This document shows positions 22,453-30,477 of a stretch of DNA of 64,000 nt, one piece after another. This DNA is from Thermoguttaceae bacterium. GTDB lineage: Bacteria > Planctomycetota > Planctomycetia > Pirellulales > Thermoguttaceae. Within the stretch, counting starts at the first letter, position 1. Every line of letters begins with the position of its first letter. Position numbers and translations under genes: made by a program. The notes under the pieces were generated by a model. It was not told the DNA's origin. It worked only from the letters and a program-made list of their open reading frames with translations, and searched no databases. The stretch lies in the NCBI GenBank assembly GCA_017937685.1, contig JAGBDD010000238.1:1166-65165 (forward strand). Reading direction: 5' to 3'.

Positions 22453-23754
22453 ATGTCGCGCTTGTTCCCCGCCCCCAACGCCCAACGCGCCGCGTCCGCC
22501 GACGTTTACCCCTTGGCCGACGCTCCGCTTTCCCCGACGTCCGACGCGCAACCGTCCGCCGCTCGCCAAGAACGCGCTTCGAAACGCCTAATGTCGCTCG
22601 ACGCGTTGCGAGGCCTGAATATGCTCTTCATTATCGGCCTCTCGGCGGTGATCGTCGACCTCTGCAACCTTTGGCCCGGCGCGGTTTCCGGCGTGATCGC
22701 GGAGCAAATGACGCACGTCGAGTGGAACGGAATCCGGCACCACGACACAATTTTCCCGCTCTTCCTTTTTTTAGCCGGCGCGTCCTTTCCCTTCTCGCTG
22801 GGCAAAGCGCGGGCTAACGCGCTCCCGACCTGGCGTATCGTCTTAAAGATTGTCTTTCGCGGACTTGCGCTCGTCCTGCTCGGCGTAATTTACAACAACG
22901 GCGTCAATTTCGACTTCGCCAACCTGCGGTACGGCAGCGTCCTCGGGCACATCGGGCTCGCTTGGATGTTTGCCGCGCTGATTTTTATATCGACCGGGCG
23001 CAAATTCCAAATCGCGCTTTCCGCAACGATTTTAATCGGATACTGGCTCGCGTTGGCATTGATCCCCGCGCCCGACGTCGCCGCTCCGGAAGCCTTTGCC
23101 AAAGAAGCCTTTGCGGAACGATTTGAAAACCTGTTGACGCCGGAACGCTCGCTCTCCATTCGACGGAATCTCTCGATGGAAGGCTCGCTCGTCGGTTACG
23201 TCGACCGCTCGCTTATGCCGGGCAAACTTTACAAAACCGTTCACGACCCGGAGGGGCTCGCGTCGACGCTCCCGGCGATCGTAACCGCTTTGTTAGGAAT
23301 GTTTTTCGGAGCCGTGTTGCGCGCCGACTCGAAAAAAATCGGCGAACGACGCAAAGTCCTAATTTTGCTGGGCGGCGGACTCGCGTTGACCGCTTTGGGG
23401 GCCGTGTGGAACGAAGTTTTCCCGATCAACAAAAACCTTTGGAATAGCTCGTTCGTCTGTTTCGTCGGCGGTTTGTCGGCAATCGCGCTCGGCGTATTTT
23501 ATTTAATTATCGACGTTTGGGGACTGCGACGTTGGGCGTTCGCGTTTGTCGTCGTCGGCGCGAACCCGCTGGCGATTTACCTCGGTCGCAAATTTTTCGA
23601 CCTGAATCACACCCGCGACTTTTTCTTTGGCGACGCGATAACCCGTTTTGTTCCGGACGCTTATCAAACGCTCGCAACTTCCTTCGCCGGGCTTTTGGTC
23701 GGTTGGTTGATACTCCTTTGGCTTTACCGCCGACGAATTTACATTAAAATTTAA
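22453..23754 (+). CDS. Polytopic membrane acyltransferase, heparan-alpha-glucosaminide N-acetyltransferase-like (DUF5009-type)
   Basis: RLMSLDALRGLNMLFIIG motif followed by about 10 hydrophobic helices. 433 aa. RBS AGGAG lies upstream of ATG 22453. Confidence 0.7.
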   Translation: MSRLFPAPNAQRAASADVYPLADAPLSPTSDAQPSAARQERASKRLMSLDALRGLNMLFIIGLSAVIVDLCNLWPGAVSGVIAEQMTHVEWNGIRHHDTIFPLFLFLAGASFPFSLGKARANALPTWRIVLKIVFRGLALVLLGVIYNNGVNFDFANLRYGSVLGHIGLAWMFAALIFISTGRKFQIALSATILIGYWLALALIPAPDVAAPEAFAKEAFAERFENLLTPERSLSIRRNLSMEGSLVGYVDRSLMPGKLYKTVHDPEGLASTLPAIVTALLGMFFGAVLRADSKKIGERRKVLILLGGGLALTALGAVWNEVFPINKNLWNSSFVCFVGGLSAIALGVFYLIIDVWGLRRWAFAFVVVGANPLAIYLGRKFFDLNHTRDFFFGDAITRFVPDAYQTLATSFAGLLVGWLILLWLYRRRIYIKI

Positions 23755-23807
23755 AACGCTATAAAACCAACGAAGGCAACGCTTAACAAACAAGAAAGGC
23801 GACAAAT

Positions 23808-24833
23808 TTGAACGACGCTTGGCGCTTAAAAACGCGAACGCTTTCGCTCGCCCGCCCCGTTTTAGTCGGAATTATCAACGCGACGCCCGATAGTTTTTCG
23901 GACGGCGGCCAATTTTCCGTCGACGCTAACGCCTCGTTCCGCGTCGACTTAAACGCCGTCGTCGACAAAGCGCGAGCCCTTATTCGCGACGGCGCGTCGA
24001 TGCTCGACGTCGGCGGCGAAAGCACGCGCCCCGGTTCGGAGCCGGTCGGCGAAGCGGAGGAAATTCGCCGCGTCGTTCCGGTCGTAAAGGCCCTAACCGA
24101 CGCGTTTTCCGTCCCGATTTCGGTCGACTCGTACCGCCCCGCGGTCGCCGACGCCGCGCTCGAAGCCGGCGCCGAAATCGTCAACGACGTAAGCGCCGGT
24201 CGTTACATCGCTTCGCAAGACCGATTCGCCGACGAAACCGAAACCGACTTCCCTGAAGAAACGGTCGACGTCGTTCGACGACGCGGCGCCGCCGTCGTGT
24301 TGACGCATATGCAAGGAACGCCGCGAACAATGCAAGTCGCCCCTCGGTACGACTTAGGCGTCTTCGACGAGGTATTCGACTTTCTGCGTCGGCGCCGCGA
24401 CCGTTTCGTCGAACTCGGAGTCGACGCCGCGCGAATCGCGCTCGACCCCGGCGTCGGCTTCGGCAAAACGTTCGAGCAGAATTGGGAGCTAATTCGCCGC
24501 GCCGCCGAATTTTGCGCGCTTTCGCAACCGCTTTATTTCGGTTGTTCGCGCAAGCGTTTTTTAATCGAAACGTTGCGCCGCGTCGCCGACAAACGCGCCG
24601 CCGAAACGCCGTTAACGCCCGAAACCGAGCGTTTTTACGAACCGCTCGAACCGGAAAACATCGCCGAACGCGACGCCGCGACCGCCGCGACGACCCTTCT
24701 TCTTGCCGAACGCGGCGTTCGTATTTTTCGCGTTCACAACATTTTACGAAACGCCGTCGCGATTAAATTAGCCGAATCGCTCGCCGGTTCCAGCGAAATT
24801 TCCTCGTCAAACGCCGGAGCTTGCCGCCGATGA
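23808..24833 (+). CDS. folP: Dihydropteroate synthase
   Basis: GIINATPDSFSDGG, MLDVGGESTRPG, SVDSYRP, VNDVSAG and DPGVGFGKT motifs. TTG start at 23808 with a GAAAGG RBS. Confidence 0.9.
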   Translation: MNDAWRLKTRTLSLARPVLVGIINATPDSFSDGGQFSVDANASFRVDLNAVVDKARALIRDGASMLDVGGESTRPGSEPVGEAEEIRRVVPVVKALTDAFSVPISVDSYRPAVADAALEAGAEIVNDVSAGRYIASQDRFADETETDFPEETVDVVRRRGAAVVLTHMQGTPRTMQVAPRYDLGVFDEVFDFLRRRRDRFVELGVDAARIALDPGVGFGKTFEQNWELIRRAAEFCALSQPLYFGCSRKRFLIETLRRVADKRAAETPLTPETERFYEPLEPENIAERDAATAATTLLLAERGVRIFRVHNILRNAVAIKLAESLAGSSEISSSNAGACRR

Positions 24834-26182
24834 ATCCCAATGCAACGCCTTCGAAATCGCCGGTTTACGTCGTTGGAACCGACGAAGCGGGATACGGCCC
24901 GAACTTGGGCCCGCTCCTCGTCGCGGCGTCGTGTTGGACGCTTCAAACGGAACCGCTCGGCGACGTCGAAACATTGCGCCGCGCGTTTTCGCCGTCGGAG
25001 AAACCGTCTTCGTTCGAGGCTGAAACCGTTGCGTCGTCGAAAGTTAAGACGCCGTCGAAGAGTCGACGAACGAAAAAAAAGAATGAAATTGGCGCCGCGT
25101 CGCTTTTCGATTTGTTGCCGGACGACGAAGCGTCAAACGCTCCGTCGTCCGCGAACGTCGACTCGAAAATCGACGTCGTATCGCTCCGAGTCGACGCGGT
25201 TGTTCCCTCCTTAAACGATTCCGTCGCCGAGCTTTGCGCTCGACGCGGCGTTTTCCCGTTGGCCGACTCGAAAAAATTATACGGCCCGTCGAAATCGTTG
25301 GCGGCGCTCGAACGTTCCTTTTGGCTCGCCGTCGGTTCGGCGCGACGAGTTGCGCAAACCGTTAAACGATCGGAACTTGCAAACGTCGCGACTTGGCGTT
25401 CGACGCTCGCGCTTCTTTGCGACGAAACAGCGTCCGCCGATTCGCTTCCCCATTGGGAACGGGAGGTCGATTTTCCGCTCCCCCGCGACGCTAAAACCGG
25501 TTCGTTCGTCGACTTAGAATCGGCGTTTGCGCAAATCGACGCGACCTTCGAACGTTCCGGCGTTTCGCTCGTCGACGTCGTTGCGCGCCGAGTTCAACCG
25601 TTGGAATTTAACGACTTAATAACGCGACTCGGTCTTAAAAGCGATTTAATCGCCGACGTAACGACGTCGCTCGTCGTCGAAACGATTTTACGCGCGCTTC
25701 AAACGCAAACGCCGCTTTCGCAAGACTTCGACGTCGACGGCGAACCTCCCGTTTTTATCGTTCTTTGCGATAAACTCGGCGGTCGCGATCGCTACGCGTC
25801 CCTGCTCGCCGCCCGTTTTCCTAACGCCGACGTTAAAACGCTCGTCGAATCGCGAGCCGCGAGCGTTTACCGATTTTGCGCTCGACGCGGCGTCGTTCGC
25901 GACGGTTCGACGGTCGAGTTTCCAACGGAAATTGTTGTCGAAATTCGATTTACCGCCAAAGGCGAAGCGAACGTTCCGACCGCGCTCGCGTCGATTTGCG
26001 CCAAATATTTTCGCGAATTGTCGATGATTCCGTTCAACGATTTTTGGCGACGCGCTGTCGACGACGCGAACCTCCGTTCAACCGCCGGTTACCCGCTCGA
26101 CGCGAAGCGCTTTCGCGCCGAAGTCGACGAAGCGCGACGCCGTTTAAACATTCCCGACGCCGTTTTTTGGCGCGAACGTTAA
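24830..26182 (+). CDS. RNase HII-like protein with large insertions
   Basis: VYVVGTDEAGYGPNLGPLLVAA (the DEAG[RY]G motif), LADSKKL (the DSK motif) and TALASICAKYFRELSM (C-terminal RNase HII helix). ATG 24830 has a GGAG RBS and forms an ATGA overlap with the folP stop (24831-24833). The track start TTG 24821 is an alternative. Confidence 0.6.
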   Translation: MNPNATPSKSPVYVVGTDEAGYGPNLGPLLVAASCWTLQTEPLGDVETLRRAFSPSEKPSSFEAETVASSKVKTPSKSRRTKKKNEIGAASLFDLLPDDEASNAPSSANVDSKIDVVSLRVDAVVPSLNDSVAELCARRGVFPLADSKKLYGPSKSLAALERSFWLAVGSARRVAQTVKRSELANVATWRSTLALLCDETASADSLPHWEREVDFPLPRDAKTGSFVDLESAFAQIDATFERSGVSLVDVVARRVQPLEFNDLITRLGLKSDLIADVTTSLVVETILRALQTQTPLSQDFDVDGEPPVFIVLCDKLGGRDRYASLLAARFPNADVKTLVESRAASVYRFCARRGVVRDGSTVEFPTEIVVEIRFTAKGEANVPTALASICAKYFRELSMIPFNDFWRRAVDDANLRSTAGYPLDAKRFRAEVDEARRRLNIPDAVFWRER

Positions 26183-26188
26183 CGCCTT

Positions 26189-27088
26189 ATGAAGCAACGA
26201 ATTATTCAATTTTTTCGCCGACCGAAAAATCTTGCCGCGTTCTTTGTCGCGTTACTTGGCGCCGCGCTCTTTTTTCGTTGGCAAAACGATTCGATTCAAG
26301 TCGAACGTTTCCAATGCGTTAGCGCAAAAATTCCGACGGCGTTCGACGGTTTCGTCGTCGTTTGCGTCGCCGACCTGCACGAGAAAGAATTCGGGCCGAA
26401 CAACAAGCGACTTTTCGCGGAGATTCGCGCCGCAAACCCGGACGTTATCGCGATTTCCGGCGACTTGCTCGTCGACCCGCCGCTAAACGTCGAGTTTGCG
26501 CGACAATTTATCGCCGACGCTGCGAAAATCGCCCCGGTTTATTACGTTTCCGGCAATCACGAAGCGATCGCGCCGACTCAAACCGAGTATTTGCCGTTCC
26601 TTAAAACGCTCGAGGAAGCGGGCGCAACCGTCCTCGACGGCGAAAAAGTCGACTTGAAACGCGGCGCTTCGTCGCTCGTTATCGCCGGAGTCGCCGACCC
26701 GCTCCTCGAACTTAAAGCCGACCGTCGTTTGACTTCCGAACAGATTGTCGCTGAAAAATTACGTCGCGCGCCCCCGGACGAGCGGTTTTACCTCCTAATT
26801 TCGCACCGCCCGGAACTCGCCGAGCTTTACGCGAAACACGGTGTCGACCTCGCGCTGACCGGACACGCGCACGGCGGGCAAATCCGCCTTCCGTTCGTCG
26901 GCGGTTTGGTTGCGCCAAACCAAGGAATTTTCCCGCGTTACGACGCAGGCGCTTACCGAATCGGCGATTCGACGACGCTCGTTTCGCGCGGTTTGGGGCC
27001 GAGCGTTTTCCCGACGCGTTTGTTTAACCGTCCTTGCCTCGTCGTTTGCGAGTTAAAGGCGCCGACGACGCAACCTGCCGTTAATTAA
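26189..27088 (+). CDS. Membrane-anchored metallophosphoesterase (YkuE-like)
   Basis: N-terminal TM helix, then VCVADLHEKEFG, ISGDLL, VSGNHE and LTGHAHGGQIRLPFVG motifs. Confidence 0.85.
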   Translation: MKQRIIQFFRRPKNLAAFFVALLGAALFFRWQNDSIQVERFQCVSAKIPTAFDGFVVVCVADLHEKEFGPNNKRLFAEIRAANPDVIAISGDLLVDPPLNVEFARQFIADAAKIAPVYYVSGNHEAIAPTQTEYLPFLKTLEEAGATVLDGEKVDLKRGASSLVIAGVADPLLELKADRRLTSEQIVAEKLRRAPPDERFYLLISHRPELAELYAKHGVDLALTGHAHGGQIRLPFVGGLVAPNQGIFPRYDAGAYRIGDSTTLVSRGLGPSVFPTRLFNRPCLVVCELKAPTTQPAVN

Positions 27089-27196
27089 CGTTTTACCGCC
27101 AAGCGATTACGCGTTTTCGCCCGAACGTTCCGACGCGTTTTAAGTCGTCGACGTCGCGTCGAACGCTTTATTTTAATCCCCTTTAAGAGTTTGAAA

Positions 27197-28054
27197 ATGC
27201 CTTACTTCGGAGTTCACGAATCGATTTCCGGCGGCGTCGAAAACGCCGTTTACGCGGCGGCGGCCAACGGGTTCGCTTGCGTTCAAATTTTTTCGAAAAA
27301 CAGTAATCGCTGGGTCGCGAAACCGCTCGAGCCGAAATCGGCGCAAAAATTCCGAGAAGCGATGACGCAAACCGGCCTTATCGCTCCGCTTATCCACGAT
27401 TCCTATCTCATCAATTTAGCGTCGCCGGAAGCGGAGCAACTCGAAAAATCGCGCGCCGCTTTTACGGACGAACTTGTTCGAGCGGACGTTCTCGGCGTTC
27501 CGAACGTCGTTATGCATCCCGGCGCGGCGAAAGAAGATACGCGAGAAAACGGGTTGCGCCGCGTCGCCGAATCGCTCGACGGAATTTTCGCGTCCCTTCC
27601 GGAAACCAACCGCGTTAGCGTTCTCCTCGAAACGACCGCCGGTCAAGGAACGTACCTCGGTTCGCGTTTCGAAGAATTGGCGCAAATCATTGAATTTTCG
27701 GAGTTTAAAGACCGCCTTGGCGTTTGTTTCGACACGTGTCATACCTTCGCCGCCGGTTACGATTTTGGAACGCCGGAAAAATACGACGCCGTTTTCGCCG
27801 ATTTCGACCGAATTATCGGACTCGACCGTCTTTGCGCGTTTCACTTAAACGACTCCGTCAAAGGACTTGGAAGCAAAGTCGACCGACACGCGCACATCGG
27901 CCGCGGCGAACTTGGACTCGAACCGTTCCGCTTTATCGTCAACGACCCGCGCTTCGCCGACTTGCCGATGTATCTCGAAACCCCGAAAGGCGAAACCGAC
28001 GAGGGCGATTGGGACGTCGTCAATCTGAAAACCCTCCGCGACCTAATCGAATAA
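27197..28054 (+). CDS. nfo: Endonuclease IV (AP endonuclease, deoxyribonuclease IV)
   Basis: YFGVHESISGG, HDSYLINLAS, MHPGA, LETTAGQG, CFDTCHTFAAGYD, FHLNDS, DRHAHIGRGELG. ATG 27197 is preferred over the in-frame TTG 27191. Confidence 0.92.
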   Translation: MPYFGVHESISGGVENAVYAAAANGFACVQIFSKNSNRWVAKPLEPKSAQKFREAMTQTGLIAPLIHDSYLINLASPEAEQLEKSRAAFTDELVRADVLGVPNVVMHPGAAKEDTRENGLRRVAESLDGIFASLPETNRVSVLLETTAGQGTYLGSRFEELAQIIEFSEFKDRLGVCFDTCHTFAAGYDFGTPEKYDAVFADFDRIIGLDRLCAFHLNDSVKGLGSKVDRHAHIGRGELGLEPFRFIVNDPRFADLPMYLETPKGETDEGDWDVVNLKTLRDLIE

Positions 28055-28137
28055 CGCAAAATTTCCGCGATTTTTATCGCTCGTTTCATCGACGCAACAC
28101 GCGTCAAATCAAGCCTTTATTACGAAAGGAATTTTCG

Positions 28138-28983
28138 ATGAAAAAGAATCTGCTGACGGCGGCGCTGGCCGTTCTTTTCGCGGCGGCGACCGCGATTTCG
28201 AGCTTCGCGTTCGACGAATACAACGTGTGGCCCGGCGTCGCGCCCGGCGAAAAAGCGGAAGCGAAAAAGCCGACTTACGAGTATTGGAAGCCCGAGAAAA
28301 AAACGACCGACGCTTGCCTCGTCGTTTGCCCGGGCGGCGCCTACAACGGTCTCGCTTACGGACACGAAGGGGACAAAATTGCGAAATTCTTTACGAGCAA
28401 AGGAATTACGGTCGTCGTGTTAAAGTACCGCGTCCCGCGTCGCGAAGGGATTCCGAAGCATATGGCCGCTTGGCAAGACGCGCAACGCATGATCCGCGTC
28501 GTCCGCAGTCGCGCCGACGAGTGGAAAATCAACCCCGAGAAGATCGGCATCCTCGGTTTTTCGGCGGGCGGACACCTTACGCTGATGACCTCGACGACGA
28601 GCCAAACCGCGTCCTACGAAGCGGTCGACGACGTCGATAAACTCCCGTGCCACGTGAACTTCGCGGTTCCGGTCTACCCGGCTTACGTCCTCGAAGACGG
28701 CGCCGACGGCCCGAACGCCGGCAAAGGCAACGATTCGACGATGGTCGCCGACTTCGCGTTCGACGACAAGACGCCGCCGATGTGCTTAATTCACGGCGAT
28801 AACGACGTTTACTCGCCTATGGGCTCGGTCGCGGTCTACTCGAAATTGCGTAAACTTAATATTCCGGCGGAGATGCACATTTACGCCAATATCGCGCACG
28901 GTTTCGGCGGCAACCCGACCGACGATCACGTCGGCGACTGGATGAACCGCGTCGCCGCTTGGATGAAATCGATCGGATTTTAA
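28138..28983 (+). CDS. Secreted alpha/beta-hydrolase (esterase), tandem paralog 1
   Basis: ATG 28138 with an AAAGGA RBS. Signal peptide MKKNLLTAALAVLFAAATAISSFA, oxyanion region VVCPGGAY, nucleophile elbow GFSAGGH, catalytic His region IAHGF. The track ORF start 27724 overlaps nfo and was discarded. Confidence 0.85.
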   Translation: MKKNLLTAALAVLFAAATAISSFAFDEYNVWPGVAPGEKAEAKKPTYEYWKPEKKTTDACLVVCPGGAYNGLAYGHEGDKIAKFFTSKGITVVVLKYRVPRREGIPKHMAAWQDAQRMIRVVRSRADEWKINPEKIGILGFSAGGHLTLMTSTTSQTASYEAVDDVDKLPCHVNFAVPVYPAYVLEDGADGPNAGKGNDSTMVADFAFDDKTPPMCLIHGDNDVYSPMGSVAVYSKLRKLNIPAEMHIYANIAHGFGGNPTDDHVGDWMNRVAAWMKSIGF

Positions 28984-29426
28984 TCCCAAGCCGAGTTTTT
29001 TCAATTATTAACGCCAACCCAACGCCGCGTCGTCGTTCGCCGGCGGCGCGACGTTCCTTCGGCGTTATTACAGAACGACGTATCAACGCCTAACTCGTCG
29101 TTTTAATAAAAAGTTAACCTGTTGCAACGCAACGGCTTTCAAAAAAGTCTTTCGATGAAAAAACGCCGTTCAACGACCGCCTTGTTCGTTGTTTTGCGAC
29201 GTTGTCCGCTCGTCGACCGATTTGCTCGCCGTTTACTCAAAGTTTTGTAAGATAAATACTTCAAAGGCGTTGCGTATTTACGCCAGTATATCGCGCAGAT
29301 TCGACGGAGCCCAGAACGCCAAACATTTCGACGCCCGCCTCGCGCGCGTCGCCGTTTGAACGCAGTCGTTTGTTTTTAACGTCTTACCTTGTATTAGTTT
29401 ACACGTTCCAAATTGGAGTCGTTCCA

Positions 29427-30275
29427 ATGAAAAAATACGTTTTGTCGGTCGCGACGTTCGTCTTTTCGACGCTCGCTTTTTGCAATTTTGCTTCGTCGGA
29501 AGAAGAATTTCCCCTTTGGCCCGACGTCGCGCCCGGAGCCGCAACTTCCGACGTTAAACCGACTTACGAATATTGGAAACCCGAAAACAAAACAAGCGAC
29601 GCTTGCGTTATCGTTTTCCCGGGCGGCGCTTACGAATATTTGACGCTCGGTCGCGACGCCAAGCAACTGACGCGTTTCTTCAACGAGCGCGGCGTTACGG
29701 TCGTCGTCCTTAATTATCGCGTTCCTCGCCCGGAAAACGGCCCGAAACACCTCCCCGCTTGGCAAGACGCCCAACGCGTTATCCGCGTCGTCCGCAGTCG
29801 CGCCGCTGAATTTGGGATCGACTCGGAGAAAATCGGCGCGCTCGGACTCTCGGCGGGCGGACACCTAACGCTAATGGCGGCGACGTCGAGTCAAACCGCG
29901 TCCTACGAAGCGGTCGACGACGTCGATAAACTCCCGTGTCATCTCAACTTCGCGGTTCCCGTTTACCCGGCTTACGTTCTCGAAGACGGCGCGAACGGCC
30001 CGAACGCCAAGCGCGGAATCGATTCGCCGATGGTCGCCGACTTCGCGTTCGACGAAAAAACGCCGCCGATGATTTTGTTACACGGCGACGCGGACGCATA
30101 TTCGCCGAACGGCTCGATCGCCGTTTACGCTAAACTTCGTAAGATGGGGATTCCGGCGGAGTTACACATTTACGCGAATGTTCCGCACGGGTTCGTCGGC
30201 AATCCGCCGAGCGGAAAACCGGTCGACGATTGGCTTAATCGAGTCGACGCTTGGCGAAAAAAAATCGGTTTTTAA
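29427..30275 (+). CDS. Secreted alpha/beta-hydrolase (esterase), tandem paralog 2
   Basis: ATG 29427 with a GGAG RBS. Signal peptide, FPGGAY, GLSAGGH, VPHGF. Collinear with and clearly similar to 28138..28983 along the full length. Confidence 0.85.
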   Translation: MKKYVLSVATFVFSTLAFCNFASSEEEFPLWPDVAPGAATSDVKPTYEYWKPENKTSDACVIVFPGGAYEYLTLGRDAKQLTRFFNERGVTVVVLNYRVPRPENGPKHLPAWQDAQRVIRVVRSRAAEFGIDSEKIGALGLSAGGHLTLMAATSSQTASYEAVDDVDKLPCHLNFAVPVYPAYVLEDGANGPNAKRGIDSPMVADFAFDEKTPPMILLHGDADAYSPNGSIAVYAKLRKMGIPAELHIYANVPHGFVGNPPSGKPVDDWLNRVDAWRKKIGF

Positions 30276-30477
30276 CTCTCTGTTTGAAAGGACATTACGA
30301 AGTCGCCGCCAAAAAATTTAAAAATTTTTCAAAAAAAGAATGAAATTTTTCCGTTTGCGATCCACTAATTAAGAGGAAAGGCCAAACGCGGACTATCGTC
30401 CGATTTTGCCAAACGCCAAAATCAATACATTTCGACGGCTAAAGCGCCGCCGTTTAACACGATAAGGAGACACGTCT

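Noticed and set aside
22206-22478. 90-aa minus-strand ORF overlapping the promoter and start of the acyltransferase gene
   Set aside because: It begins inside the opposite-strand CDS, has no RBS or recognisable motif, and the region is better explained as a promoter plus 5' leader (TTGACT/TATAAT at 22360-22387).
27724-28137. N-terminal 138-codon extension of the first esterase ORF overlapping nfo
   Set aside because: The extension is Arg-rich and overlaps the well-supported nfo frame. A signal peptide with an RBS starts at ATG 28138.
29155-29250. 31-codon ORF (MKKRRSTTALFVVLRRCPLVDRFARRLLKVL) in the spacer between the two esterase genes
   Set aside because: It has no RBS and Arg-rich composition typical of random frames in this genome, and nothing in the sequence supports it as a gene.
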